From NCBI GenBank assembly GCA_965197905.1, contig CBDAOB010000005.1, positions 224,001-288,000 of the forward strand: a DNA stretch of 64,000 nucleotides, written 5' to 3'. Every line of letters begins with the position of its first letter. The first letter of the stretch is position 1. The position numbers and the translations under genes were made by a program. Under the pieces are notes generated by a model. The model was not told the origin of the DNA. It did no database searches and saw only the letters and a list, made by a program, of their open reading frames with translations. This DNA comes from Candidatus Latescibacterota bacterium. GTDB lineage: Bacteria > Latescibacterota > UBA2968 > UBA8231. Shown here piece by piece: positions 1-9,827 of the stretch.

Positions 1-65
1 TAGAGCCCGCTCTCCCGAATCTCGCCGAGGACGCCCGTCAGCTGGGATTTCACCCTTTCAAGCAT
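1..65 (-). CDS. kbl: 5' end of glycine C-acetyltransferase (2-amino-3-ketobutyrate CoA ligase), truncated by window edge
   Basis: Reverse strand reads (L)KGVKSQLTGVLGEIRESGL from TTG at 61, resembling the Kbl N-terminus (..L..EL.EIRE.GLYK). CAGGAG RBS upstream; lies directly downstream of tdh. The ATG at 65 is out of frame with this reading. Confidence 0.7.
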   Translation of the reverse strand, partial: MLERVKSQLTGVLGEIRESGL

Positions 66-91
66 GAGTCACTCCTGGATGCAATTTGCGT

Positions 92-1138
92 CTACGCCTG
101 GTCCCAGTTCAACACCACCTTGCCGGATCTACCCGATCGCATCAGATCGAAACCCTCTTGAAACGATTCGAATTCGAAGCGGTGGGTGATGACTGCCGAG
201 ATGTCCAATCCCGTCTGCAGCATGCTGGTCATTTTGTACCACGTTTCGTACATCTCGCGTCCGTAGATGCCCTTGATGTGCAATCCGTTGAAGATCACCT
301 GGTTCCAATCAATGGACATCTCGTTTTCCGGTATGCCCAACAACGCGATCTTGCCGCCATGGCACATGGTGTTCAGCATGTCCTTGAACGCCGATTCGTT
401 GCCCGACATCTCCAACCCCACGTCGAACCCCTCCTTCATGCCCAGCTCGCCCACCACATCCTGGAGCTTCTCCTTGCTCACATCCACTGCGCGAGTAGCG
501 CCCATCCTTGCCGCCAGCTCGAGCCGGTACGGATTGACGTCGGTGATCACCACCAGCCGGGCGCCGGCGTGCCGCACGATCGCCGTGGCCATGATACCGA
601 TAGGTCCTGCCCCCGTAATGAGCACGTCTTCGCCGAGAAGATCAAAGGAGAGGGCGGTGTGAGTGGCGTTTCCCAGCGGATCGAAGCAGGAAAGGATGTC
701 CGTAGGAATGCTGGGGTCGCAGTACCAGACGTTGGTGACCGGTATGCTCAGGTACTTCGCAAAGGCGCCGTCTCGATTGACCCCCACGCCGCTGGTGTTG
801 GCGCACAGATGCCGGCGGCCCGCCAGGCAGTTGCGGCAGCGGCCGCAGACGATATGCCCCTCGCCGCTCACCAGATCACCCTCCTTGAAGTCGTGTACGT
901 TGGCGCCGATCTCCGTGACGCGGCCCACGAACTCGTGACCGATTACCATGGGGACCGGAATGGTCTGCTGGGCCCAGTGGTCCCAGTTGTAGATGTGCAC
1001 ATCCGAGCCGCAGATGGAGGTTTTCTCGACCTTGATGAGCACCTCGTTGACGCCGGTTTCCGGGACCGGCACCTCCTCGAGCCACAGGCCGACCTCCGAC
1101 TTTCGTTTCACCAGCGCGGGCATCTCTTTCATGAACAA
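92..1138 (-). CDS. tdh: L-threonine 3-dehydrogenase (Zn-dependent MDR)
   Basis: [29 protein letters not shown] Zn motifs, [20 protein letters not shown] signature. Confidence 0.95.
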   Translation of the reverse strand: MFMKEMPALVKRKSEVGLWLEEVPVPETGVNEVLIKVEKTSICGSDVHIYNWDHWAQQTIPVPMVIGHEFVGRVTEIGANVHDFKEGDLVSGEGHIVCGRCRNCLAGRRHLCANTSGVGVNRDGAFAKYLSIPVTNVWYCDPSIPTDILSCFDPLGNATHTALSFDLLGEDVLITGAGPIGIMATAIVRHAGARLVVITDVNPYRLELAARMGATRAVDVSKEKLQDVVGELGMKEGFDVGLEMSGNESAFKDMLNTMCHGGKIALLGIPENEMSIDWNQVIFNGLHIKGIYGREMYETWYKMTSMLQTGLDISAVITHRFEFESFQEGFDLMRSGRSGKVVLNWDQA

Positions 1139-1169
1139 TCCGATCGGCCCGTTACAGCTTTGGGAGATA

Positions 1170-1931
1170 TCATATCATGAGGTCGCCGCCGTTGATGTCT
1201 ACGGCGGCTCCGGTAATGTAGTCGGCATCGGCGACCAGAAAAAGCACCAGCTGTGCCACCTCCTGCGGAGCGCCAAGGCGAGAGATGGGGAAACTCTTTT
1301 CGTACGCTTGAACGCGTTCGGGGGTACAATTCGCACCGACCATGCCGGTGTCGATCAGGCCGGGACAAACGGAATTCGAGGTGATACCAAAGGGAGCCAT
1401 CTCCTTGGCCAGCGCCCGCGTAAAACCGAGGATCCCCGCCTTGGCCGCGGTGTAATGGGCGCCACCAAGAGTGCTCACGCTGCGACCGGCAGACGAGGAC
1501 ATGTTGACGATGCGGCCGTATCCCTTGCTTTTCATGATCGGGAGTACGGCGCGGGAGCAGACGAAGGTGCTCTTGAGGTTGCCGTCTACTACGAGATCCC
1601 ATTCCTCGACCGAGATCTCTTCGATCCTCGTTGGCCGCAGCACACCGGCGTTGTTGACTAGAATATCGACGCTGCCGAAACAGTCGACAGCGGCGGCGAT
1701 CATCGCGTTCGCCTCTTCCTCCGAAGTCGCATCGGCGCCGAAGCTGGAAACCCTGGAGGTTTCCCCCTCCATTCTTGCGGCGGCAGCCTGGGCCCCGGCG
1801 ACATCGATATCCGCGAGCAGAACGGAGGCGCCTGCGGCCAACAGTTGCTGAGCGATCGCGGCTCCCATATCGCCGGCGGCGCCGGTGACAATGGCTACCC
1901 TGTCTTCGAGTTTACCAATGGGGGTGGTCAT
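1170..1931 (-). CDS. SDR family oxidoreductase (FabG-like)
   Basis: TGAAGDMG Rossmann motif, NNAG, YTAAK catalytic motif, DINGG C-terminus. Confidence 0.9.
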   Translation of the reverse strand: MTTPIGKLEDRVAIVTGAAGDMGAAIAQQLLAAGASVLLADIDVAGAQAAAARMEGETSRVSSFGADATSEEEANAMIAAAVDCFGSVDILVNNAGVLRPTRIEEISVEEWDLVVDGNLKSTFVCSRAVLPIMKSKGYGRIVNMSSSAGRSVSTLGGAHYTAAKAGILGFTRALAKEMAPFGITSNSVCPGLIDTGMVGANCTPERVQAYEKSFPISRLGAPQEVAQLVLFLVADADYITGAAVDINGGDLMI

Positions 1932-1946
1932 AGTGTTGGAGAAATA

Positions 1947-2116
1947 TGGACGCCCCGTCGCCCAGCGTCCAGACGGCCGCCGCTTGCGGCGTTACCTTCG
2001 CTCGCCGTACTTCCAGTACAGGCTCGCTCAGGTGCCTTGCAAGCTGCTTTGCTCGGCAGCCGTATGTACACGCTCGCGCTAGCGCCTTGTGAGCTGCACA
2101 CGTCGGCAGCCGTACC
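1947..2116. repeat. Structured intergenic palindromic element (REP/MITE-like)
   Basis: Hairpin TGGACGC/GCGTCCA (1947-1971); long stem GCTTGC..ACCT..GTAC-ttcca-GTAC..AGGT..GCAAGC (1982-2044); direct repeat TCGGCAGCCGTA at ~2053 and ~2103. Confidence 0.45.
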
Positions 2117-2129
2117 AACTCGCCCGGTA

Positions 2130-2753
2130 CTAGCTGGTCAGGGCGGAAAACACCAGATCGGCAAGCAGCTGGTTTCCCAGCTCTGACATGTGGCAACCAT
2201 CGGCGAACAACTCGACCGGTCGGTCAGCGCCGGCATTGTATTCCAACATGTTTTCGAAGGGCGTCTTCACGTCCACGAAGTGATTGCCGAACTCGTCGCA
2301 GAGGCGATCGACAATCCGATCGTAGGTCGCCAACATCTGGTTCTTCTGATCTTCGCCCGGGTGCGGCGTGGTCGACAGTTGCAGGACCGCTATCTTTGCG
2401 TCGAGCAATATATCCAGGACCTGGCTCAGGTTTGTCTCGAACTCATCCGCACTGTATTTCTTGGCGTCGTTTTGTCCCATGAAAAGTACGGCACACGTCG
2501 CTTCGAACTGCTCCAGATGGACGGGCAAGCTCTGCAGCAGGTGGGGAAGCATGATGCCTCCGACTCCGGCGTTGAAGATCTGAAGCCCCAGCTGCGGGAA
2601 GTGCACCAGCAGACGCTTGGCCAGGATGTCTACGTAGCTCCCAAGATACGCGTGGCCGTAACGTGCCGCCGGAATCGTGCTGGTCAGCAGACCGGTGCGT
2701 TGGGTCAGGCTGTCACCGAGAAAGATGAGACGATCGTTTGTCTGTAGCAGCAT
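2130..2753 (-). CDS. SGNH/GDSL hydrolase
   Basis: GDSLT (block I), NAGVGG (II), GQND (III), DGCH (V). Confidence 0.9.
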   Translation of the reverse strand: MLLQTNDRLIFLGDSLTQRTGLLTSTIPAARYGHAYLGSYVDILAKRLLVHFPQLGLQIFNAGVGGIMLPHLLQSLPVHLEQFEATCAVLFMGQNDAKKYSADEFETNLSQVLDILLDAKIAVLQLSTTPHPGEDQKNQMLATYDRIVDRLCDEFGNHFVDVKTPFENMLEYNAGADRPVELFADGCHMSELGNQLLADLVFSALTS

Positions 2754-3877
2754 CAGGCGCTGAAACGGTCTCCGATTCGAAAGATCTTTCCGAGAGGGTT
2801 TTCCCGGGCTTCAACTACATCTGCAACCAACGGACCGATCGATCCGCCAAACTTGAAACCGTGTCCGCTGCCGCCGCCAGCGACCACCGTGTGCTGGCAT
2901 CCGGGCGCGCGGTCGATGATGAAATGGTGGTCGGGGGTGTTGGTGTAGAGGCAACAGCGGCTGCCAACGAGCTCTCCCTGCGCCAGGCCGGGTATCCTGG
3001 CGGCGACCATCCGGCGGACGTCCTCGAGAAACTCGGGCGTCGCGATCCGCTCCACGTCTGCATCCACCTGGTTCACCCGATTGCCCATCGCCGCCTTCAC
3101 AAACCCTTCGTGGAGCAGAGGGAACCCGTACCAGCCATCATCGTAAGGGGCGAAGGACCAGACCGGAGTCACCTCTCGGCGAAAGCTATCTGGATTGCTG
3201 GGTTTGCAGAACGCCATCTCCTGCCGGGTAATAAGAAGATGTTCGGCCAACGCGGGGAGGAGGCGGCCGACCCAGGGACCGCCGCAGATGACGGCCCCGT
3301 CGAAGCCGCTGGTGCCACCACCGTGGCGAATCCGAACGGACCTGAGATCCTCGACCAGCTCCAGCACCGTGGTGTCGGGCAGGACCTGCACCCCCTCTTC
3401 CTGGGCGATGTCGGCCAACCCCGCGAGCGCCGCCCCGCTGCGCACGTATCCCGTCCATTCGTCGTGAATGATGACGTCGTCGTCGTGAAAGACGAACTGG
3501 GGAAAACGCTTCTCCGCTTCCTGCCGCGACAGCATGCGGCTGCCCATCGGCTCATTCTTGAAGCGTTCCCAGGAGATATGGGCCAGGGTCTCCGGTTCGA
3601 AATGCCCGGTCACGTGCAGCTTGCCAACACGAAAGTAGATCTCGCTAATCTGCTCGTTCCAGCGTTCCCATTGCAATGCAGAGCGCTCTGCCAGCTCGAC
3701 ATATTCGGATACACGGCCGTAGCCGTCGCGGCGAATCGCCTTGCTGTTGTCGGTGGAGCTGGCATGGGGGTTTGGTACGCTGCCCTGCTCGAAGAGGCAG
3801 ACTTCATGGCTGCGAGCACGCAGCTCCAGGCTCGTGGCAAGCCCGAAGATACCAGCGCCAACGACCGCGATCCTCAT
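2753..3877 (-). CDS. FAD-dependent amine oxidase, monomeric sarcosine oxidase / fructosyl-amino-acid oxidase family
   Basis: GAGIFG FAD motif, ASSTDNSKAIR, CLYTNTPDHHFIID (covalent-FAD Cys region), GSGHGFKF. Confidence 0.85.
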   Translation of the reverse strand: MRIAVVGAGIFGLATSLELRARSHEVCLFEQGSVPNPHASSTDNSKAIRRDGYGRVSEYVELAERSALQWERWNEQISEIYFRVGKLHVTGHFEPETLAHISWERFKNEPMGSRMLSRQEAEKRFPQFVFHDDDVIIHDEWTGYVRSGAALAGLADIAQEEGVQVLPDTTVLELVEDLRSVRIRHGGGTSGFDGAVICGGPWVGRLLPALAEHLLITRQEMAFCKPSNPDSFRREVTPVWSFAPYDDGWYGFPLLHEGFVKAAMGNRVNQVDADVERIATPEFLEDVRRMVAARIPGLAQGELVGSRCCLYTNTPDHHFIIDRAPGCQHTVVAGGGSGHGFKFGGSIGPLVADVVEARENPLGKIFRIGDRFSA

Positions 3878-4857
3878 GCCGTTGCGGACTCCCCTAGAAC
3901 CTCGGTGCGCAGCTTTTCGTCCACGTTGGATCCGGAGACCAGCAGACAGACCTTTCTCCCTGCGAGCTTATCCTGGAGCTGCAGCGCCCCGGCCAGCGCC
4001 GCCGCGCCCGCCCCTTCAGGCAGATGCCCGGTGGTTTCGAAAAACAATCGCATAGCCTGTTTCATGTCGGCCTCGCTCACCAAAAGCATCTCATCAACCA
4101 CCTCCCGTAGCAAACGCAATGCGTGGGGGGAAGCGACACCTACGGCGATGCCGGACGCGAAGGTGTCGCAAAGATTGGAGCTCACCTGCTGGCCGGCCAG
4201 GAAGGAACGGTACATAGACGGGGCACGCTCGGCCTGCACGCCTATCAGCTCAACCTCCTTCAGACGTTCTTTCAACGCGGTTCCCAGACCGCCGATCAGG
4301 GCGCCGCCGCCGACGGGAACGAGAACCACCTCCACATCCGGCAGCTGCTCCGCTATCTCCAGTCCGATCGAGGAGGTGCCCGCGTTGATCTCCGGGCAGA
4401 CCCCGTCGTGTACGAAGTGGTGTCCCGGCTCAAACTCCCGCGTCAACATATACTCCAGAGCCTCGTCATAATCGCTGCCGTGGAAGATCAGCTCAGGTCC
4501 ATGCGCCTCGATAAGCGCCACCTTGCTGGCATCGCAGTCGCGCGGCACTCCAACCGTGAGCGGCACTCCGTACTTGCTGCAGACAAACGCCATGGCCGCC
4601 CCATGGTTGCCGGTGGAAACCGTAACGAGTCCCTTAGCGCCGCGTTCGTTGACCAGGGTGTCTACCAGATAAAGGGCGCCCCGAAGCTTGAACGATTGCA
4701 CCGGATTGAAGATCTCGTATTTGGCGTAGGTCTGGGTGCCCAATCGGGCGCTCAGCTCAGGTTCCAGCTGCATCGGACCTGGGTCGAACTGACGGCGATA
4801 GATCTCGGAAGCGGCCGCGGTGCGGCCGGCGTCGGGGCGCAGTGAATCAATTTCCAC
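3874..4857 (-). CDS. PLP-dependent threonine/serine dehydratase family protein (no ACT domain)
   Basis: SFKLRG PLP lysine, STGNHG, PVGGGALIGG, SGSN. Confidence 0.9.
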   Translation of the reverse strand: MEIDSLRPDAGRTAAASEIYRRQFDPGPMQLEPELSARLGTQTYAKYEIFNPVQSFKLRGALYLVDTLVNERGAKGLVTVSTGNHGAAMAFVCSKYGVPLTVGVPRDCDASKVALIEAHGPELIFHGSDYDEALEYMLTREFEPGHHFVHDGVCPEINAGTSSIGLEIAEQLPDVEVVLVPVGGGALIGGLGTALKERLKEVELIGVQAERAPSMYRSFLAGQQVSSNLCDTFASGIAVGVASPHALRLLREVVDEMLLVSEADMKQAMRLFFETTGHLPEGAGAAALAGALQLQDKLAGRKVCLLVSGSNVDEKLRTEVLGESATA

Positions 4858-4868
4858 AGGCGTTTCCT

Positions 4869-5615
4869 CTACAGGCGCAAGAGCCGCCGGGCATTGGCGC
4901 CCAGAACCTCAACTTTGGCGGCAGCGGATATGGCGGCGGTGAGGATCTTGCCGATCTGTGGCCGTGGATCCATGAGCGGCTGATCCGAACCGAAGAGAAC
5001 TCGATCGGCGCCGGCCCCTTCCACCAGCTCCTCGATCGCACCCGGCGTGCGGAAGGTGGAGCAGGTTTCGAGAAAGATGTTCGGGTTGTTGTTGGCGGCG
5101 ATGATCGCATCCCGCCTTTCGGGGGCGACGTTACCCGAGTGTCCCGCAACAAAGTTGGCGTGGGGAAAGCGCGGGGCAATCTCCCCGAGGAATCTTGGGT
5201 GTGCGTGGGGTTCCGATCCCGTATGGAAGATGACCGCCAGGTTCCGTTCATCCGCGAACCGGTAGATGTCGAACCAGTGGCTGTTGTTGAGCGGCCACGG
5301 CGCGCGCGGTGGATACAGCTTGATCGCCACGCAAAACAGCTTGTCCACCGCCTCTTCCAGCTGCTTCACTGCGTTTTTTCCGAGAATGGGGGAGGTGAAT
5401 GCAAACGGAATAAATCGATTCGGGTTCGCCTCGGCGTATCGCGCTGCCAGCTCGTTGCCGCTGCCATCCAAACGGCCAGTGTGAAAGACGCACGCCCGGT
5501 CGATGCCGGCCACGTCCATCGCATGGGTGACCCGGGTGGCGTCGGCAAGCATGCGCAAACGATCGTTGCGATTGACGTGACCGTGGAAGTCGATCACTTC
5601 TACGCCGTCGATCAC
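4869..5615 (-). CDS. Amidohydrolase family protein (Amidohydro_2 type)
   Basis: DFHGH, FHTG, GHSG, LFGSD metal-binding motifs. Confidence 0.85.
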   Translation of the reverse strand: MIDGVEVIDFHGHVNRNDRLRMLADATRVTHAMDVAGIDRACVFHTGRLDGSGNELAARYAEANPNRFIPFAFTSPILGKNAVKQLEEAVDKLFCVAIKLYPPRAPWPLNNSHWFDIYRFADERNLAVIFHTGSEPHAHPRFLGEIAPRFPHANFVAGHSGNVAPERRDAIIAANNNPNIFLETCSTFRTPGAIEELVEGAGADRVLFGSDQPLMDPRPQIGKILTAAISAAAKVEVLGANARRLLRL

Positions 5616-6970
5616 GCTTCGGTCTCCCGCGCCACTTCCACCACCAGATTCGCCATCGTGCGGATACCCGCGAAGTAATTCTCCACGGCAAACGACTCGT
5701 CGGGCGAGTGATTGCGCTCGTCGTGCTGTGCGTACGGCACCAGAAAAATTGCGGCTCCGGGAATCTGCTTGAACCAGGCCATGGGAAGACTACCGCCGAC
5801 CCCCGGTACGAGAAACGGAGGCGCTCCAAAGCCCGCTTCCACCGCCCGCAGCACCGGTCGGGCGGCCGGGTGGTCGATAGGGGTGCGCCAGGGAGGCATG
5901 CGACCGTACACCTTCACTTCCAGCTCATCCATTCCGATCTCCGTCAAATACTTCTCGAGGAGTTCCTGAATCTCCTCGGGCGTCTGATGTTCCACCAGGC
6001 GCATGTCGATCTTCATCGTCGCCGAGTTCGGGATGATGGTTTTCATGCCCTCGCCCGTGTAGCCACCGCCGAAACCGTTCACGTTCAAGGTAGGCTGCAG
6101 TACCCGCTTCACCAGAAAGTGGGTATTCGGATCGCCGGCGATCCTATCCGTGCCGAGGTCTCTCATCACCTGCGCCTCGGTCAGCGGCAGCGCCTGGAAC
6201 GCTTGCAGGTCCTGTTCGGTCGGATTTGCAACCTTGTCGTAGAAGCCCGGAATCAGGACGTGATTCGTCTCGTCTTTCAACAGGGTCACGAGCCGGGCAA
6301 GCCTCTCGTTGGGACTGTCCACGAGCCCGCCAAAGTTCCCGGAGTGCATGTCGACGCTGGGACCTCTGGCGGTGAGCTCCACGTAGAATATGCCGCGTAC
6401 CCCGAACACCACCTCCGGCCGCTCGCCATAAGAGTGATGGCCATCCGAGCAGTAAACCAGGTCGCAGGCCAGCAGATCGAGGTGTTCGCGGACAAACGCC
6501 CCGATGTTCGGGCTGCCCACTTCCTCCTCACCCTCGAAGAGGAACTTGACGTTGACCGGAAGCTCTCCCAGGCATTCGAGAACGGCCTGAACTCCTTTTA
6601 CCTGGGCGTAGAGCTGTCCCTTGTTGTCGCCGGCGCCGCGAGCGTAGATCTTGCCGTCGCGGATCGTCGGTCGAAATGGTGGGGATGTCCACCGTTCGAC
6701 CGGGTCAGGGGGTTGCACGTCGTAGTGGCCGTAGACCAACACGGTGCGTTGGGCCGACGCCGACGTCCTTTCGGCAAACAAGAAAGGCTCGCCGGGGCTT
6801 TCGAACTGCTGCATCTTGAGACCGGACGACTCCAGCAACTGGGAGAGCAGGGTCACGCTCTCGGCCATTCCTTCGCCCGTGGTGCTGATGCTCGGCTGCG
6901 CGATCAGTTCGAAGAGCTCCTGCAACCAGGGTTCGCGCCGGCTGTCGATGTAGGAATGGACCTCCCGCAC
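5612..6970 (-). CDS. M20/M25/M40 family metallo-dipeptidase
   Basis: YGHYDVQP, ARGAGDNKG, EGEEEVGS, HSG, NHSPDE. Confidence 0.9.
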   Translation of the reverse strand: MREVHSYIDSRREPWLQELFELIAQPSISTTGEGMAESVTLLSQLLESSGLKMQQFESPGEPFLFAERTSASAQRTVLVYGHYDVQPPDPVERWTSPPFRPTIRDGKIYARGAGDNKGQLYAQVKGVQAVLECLGELPVNVKFLFEGEEEVGSPNIGAFVREHLDLLACDLVYCSDGHHSYGERPEVVFGVRGIFYVELTARGPSVDMHSGNFGGLVDSPNERLARLVTLLKDETNHVLIPGFYDKVANPTEQDLQAFQALPLTEAQVMRDLGTDRIAGDPNTHFLVKRVLQPTLNVNGFGGGYTGEGMKTIIPNSATMKIDMRLVEHQTPEEIQELLEKYLTEIGMDELEVKVYGRMPPWRTPIDHPAARPVLRAVEAGFGAPPFLVPGVGGSLPMAWFKQIPGAAIFLVPYAQHDERNHSPDESFAVENYFAGIRTMANLVVEVARETEA

Positions 6971-6973
6971 AGC

Positions 6974-7357
6974 TCAGGTCACCGCGGCGATGACGTCGAA
7001 GGCGACCTTGTATCCCCCGGGGTACTCGTTGATATGGATGGTCGTCCGCGCCGGACGGTGGTCGCCGAAAGCCAGGATATAGGCCTCGTTCATCTCACCG
7101 AAGGAGTCCATGTCGGCAAGGTAGACATTGACCTTGATCACCTGCGACAACTCGGTACCCGCCGCCATGAGTATCTCTCGAATGCTATCGAACGCCCGCG
7201 TTGTCTGCAGCCCGACCGATCCTGGCTCTTCTCCTTCCGGCGGCATGCCGGTCTGGGAAGAGACGTATGCCGTGTCGCCGTGGATAACCGCATGGGAATA
7301 CGGGCCAGGGGCGTTCGCCTTATCGGCTATGATCAGCTCCAACTCCGAACTTGCCAT
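6974..7357 (-). CDS. RidA/YjgF/UK114 family enamine/imine deaminase
   Basis: GPYSHA, KVNVYL.DM..F..MNEAY, RPART with catalytic Arg. Start moved to ATG 7357 behind CAGGAG RBS. Confidence 0.85.
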   Translation of the reverse strand: MASSELELIIADKANAPGPYSHAVIHGDTAYVSSQTGMPPEGEEPGSVGLQTTRAFDSIREILMAAGTELSQVIKVNVYLADMDSFGEMNEAYILAFGDHRPARTTIHINEYPGGYKVAFDVIAAVT

Positions 7358-7418
7358 GATCTTCTCCTGTTGACTACTCAACTGATCTGTTTCGTGCCGG
7401 TCGCAGGCCGGCATCGAA

Positions 7419-9014
7419 TCAACGAAAGGTGGGCGCGGCCGCGGCTTCGATCTCAACGTTGATGCATGCGGGTAAGCCGGAGTCCAGCGCTCGTTCGAGG
7501 GCGGGCCTCAATTCGTCCGGGTGTTGGACGAACTCCCCGTATCCGCCCAGGGCCGCCGCAACCCTGTCGTACCGGGTACCGAGCAGATCACAGCCTACCA
7601 CGCGGTCGGCGCCGTACTGCTTGATCTGCAGCTGAAGCTCCGCATTCCAGCCGCTGTCATTGCCGACGACGACCACCAGGGGCAACTGGTGACGTAAAGC
7701 GGTGTCCAGATCGAGAAGGTGGTAACCAGCCGTGCCATCGCCGCACAAAACAAACACGCGTTTTTGCGGATGGGCGAGCTGTGCCGCCATGCCCAGCCCG
7801 ATCGAGCTGCCAATCGAGCCCGATGGGCCGTTGATCAATCGATATCTGGGGTCCAGACCCGTCTGCATCCATTGTCCGACCTCGCCCCCGTCACTCACAA
7901 CGACCGCGTTGTCGTCCACAACACCGTCTAACGCTTCGCACAGGGCCAGCGGATGCATCGGCAGAACGCAGTTCGAACCCAAAGCTTTCCACCCGTCCGG
8001 AACACGGGCACGCTCTGCTTCGATCTCCTCCCTCCATGCCGAGCCATTCCAGGTTCTTCCGTCGCAGCCCGCCTCCAGCGCCTTGACGGCTGCTGCCGGG
8101 TCCCCCGCGAAACTCCCGACCAGCGATTCGTGGTGCCTCAGCTCACTCCCATCGGCATCTATCTGCATCAGTTCGCAGGTCGGGTCGAAGATCGGAGCCG
8201 CGGTGGTGCCGAGGGTGAAGTCGAATCGTTTGCCCAGAAGAAGCACCAGGTCGGCCCTGTCGAGACAGTTTGTCGCCCCGTGCAGCCATGGATCGTTGAT
8301 GCCACGCGGACTCTCCATCGGCACCGCCGGTACCGACGTCAGCTGTGAGAAGGCGCAGACCTCTTGCCACCTCTCGTTTCTGGACATGGCCGGGCCGCAG
8401 AGAATAAGCGGCCGTTGGGCGGCGCCAAGCGCGTCGAGTATCTGGTCGACCTGTCGTGTTTCGAGGCGATGCCCCTTGCCCACCTCGCCGGCTGCCGAAC
8501 TGGCCGGTGCGACCGCGACTTCCAGCAGGTCCTGGGGAAGGCTGATGTGTACCGGCCCCGGCCTGCCCGAACGGCAGATCTCCAGAGCTCTGCGAACATC
8601 GTTGCCGATGTTGCCGGCGTCGTTAACCTCCCAGGCTTCCTTGCACAGCGGCGCAGCGATTCCGACTTGGTCGATGTCCTGAAAAACCCCGAGGCCAGCC
8701 TTCCCGGCGGGACTACTGCCGCTCAGCAACAGCAGGGGAGACTCGGCCATGCGCGCGGTGTAGAGAGCCGACACCCCGTTGCAATGGCCCGGCCCTGCCG
8801 TCAACAGTGCAACGCCCGGTTGTTCGGTCAGCCGGCCCCACCCGTCCGCCATGTGTACGGCGGTGGCTTCGTGGCGGGTGTGCACCAGCTCGATGTCGCG
8901 GCCGATGGTGGCGTCGAACACCGGAAGAATCTGATTGCCGGACAGGGTGAACAGGTAGGGGACTCGTGCCTCTACAAGAGTCTCAACCAGGACATTGGCG
9001 CCGCGCTTTGGCAT
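7419..9014 (-). CDS. Thiamine-diphosphate-dependent enzyme (acetolactate synthase / 2-hydroxyacyl-CoA lyase-like)
   Basis: RHEATAVHMADG, TAGPG, GRPGPVHI, GDG..(x)..ND ThDP motif. Confidence 0.9.
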   Translation of the reverse strand: MPKRGANVLVETLVEARVPYLFTLSGNQILPVFDATIGRDIELVHTRHEATAVHMADGWGRLTEQPGVALLTAGPGHCNGVSALYTARMAESPLLLLSGSSPAGKAGLGVFQDIDQVGIAAPLCKEAWEVNDAGNIGNDVRRALEICRSGRPGPVHISLPQDLLEVAVAPASSAAGEVGKGHRLETRQVDQILDALGAAQRPLILCGPAMSRNERWQEVCAFSQLTSVPAVPMESPRGINDPWLHGATNCLDRADLVLLLGKRFDFTLGTTAAPIFDPTCELMQIDADGSELRHHESLVGSFAGDPAAAVKALEAGCDGRTWNGSAWREEIEAERARVPDGWKALGSNCVLPMHPLALCEALDGVVDDNAVVVSDGGEVGQWMQTGLDPRYRLINGPSGSIGSSIGLGMAAQLAHPQKRVFVLCGDGTAGYHLLDLDTALRHQLPLVVVVGNDSGWNAELQLQIKQYGADRVVGCDLLGTRYDRVAAALGGYGEFVQHPDELRPALERALDSGLPACINVEIEAAAAPTFR

Positions 9015-9017
9015 GTC

Positions 9018-9416
9018 TCAATCTTTGACGATGATACCCAGCAGAACCCCAGCCAGGGTCGTCTGGACCACCGCTCCCCAGAACCAGCCCGCCGCGAGCA
9101 CGTAGGGGATCGGCATTACCGTATACGTGCCGTATCCCATGCTCATGCCGACGCTGATCCCGTAGACGATGCCGTACTTCACCGCCGAGCTCATCTGTTT
9201 CTCGGCGAAAAACCGGGCATAGATGTAGACGAAGACGAGGGCCGACACCAACACGGTCAGGTGCATGATCCACATCTTGCCCATCATCTCCTCCATCGGC
9301 CGCCAGAGAGAGGGGGTTGCTTCGTAGGTGGACATGAGTATCTGGTTATGCAGGATGAAATCGAGAATCGTCCAGAGGACGAAAATTGCTGCCACTGCGA
9401 TCAGAGATCTCTTCAC
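9018..9416 (-). CDS. Small integral membrane protein (about 4 TM), function unknown
   Basis: Four hydrophobic segments; GTG start at 9416 behind AAGGAGG RBS. Confidence 0.75.
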   Translation of the reverse strand: MKRSLIAVAAIFVLWTILDFILHNQILMSTYEATPSLWRPMEEMMGKMWIMHLTVLVSALVFVYIYARFFAEKQMSSAVKYGIVYGISVGMSMGYGTYTVMPIPYVLAAGWFWGAVVQTTLAGVLLGIIVKD

Positions 9417-9456
9417 GATCTTCCTCCTTTTGATGTGTCGCCCAAAAAAGTCGGGC

Positions 9457-9825
9457 TCAGCCGTACCCGTACTGCTCGAGGGTCTCGTCATCGAAACCCA
9501 TGAAATGGGCGATCTCGTGCACCAGGGTGATTTCGATTTCGCGGGCGAGATCGTCCGGATCGGGAAAGTCCTCCTCGAGTGGACCGCGGAACAGGTGGAT
9601 CACGTCGGGCAGCTCGCCGGAAGCGTGAACCGAGCGTTCGGCGATGGGGGTTCCGGTGAACAATCCGTAGAGAAGCTCCCCGCGTTCGCCCGTCGCTTCC
9701 TCCACCAGGTCCGGATCCGGCCATTCGTCGACAACGATCGCGACGTTCTCCATCGCCTCCCGAATGCGGGGCGGGATCTTGGTCATGGCCCGCTTTACCT
9801 GGAGGTCGAACTCCGAGCCGCTCAC
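9457..9825 (-). CDS. Minimal zincin metallopeptidase (DUF1025/Zincin_1-like)
   Basis: LYGLFTG.P, LPD.I.LFR.P, HEIAHFMG HExxH motif; GTG start just after upstream stop. Confidence 0.85.
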   Translation of the reverse strand: MSGSEFDLQVKRAMTKIPPRIREAMENVAIVVDEWPDPDLVEEATGERGELLYGLFTGTPIAERSVHASGELPDVIHLFRGPLEEDFPDPDDLAREIEITLVHEIAHFMGFDDETLEQYGYG

Positions 9826-9827
9826 GT

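Noticed and set aside
86..7462. Long antisense ORFs (e.g. 86..1180, 2738..4471, 5708..7462) and similar shadows across the window
   Set aside because: They mirror motif-bearing genes on the other strand, as expected from high-GC codon bias, and have no recognisable domains.
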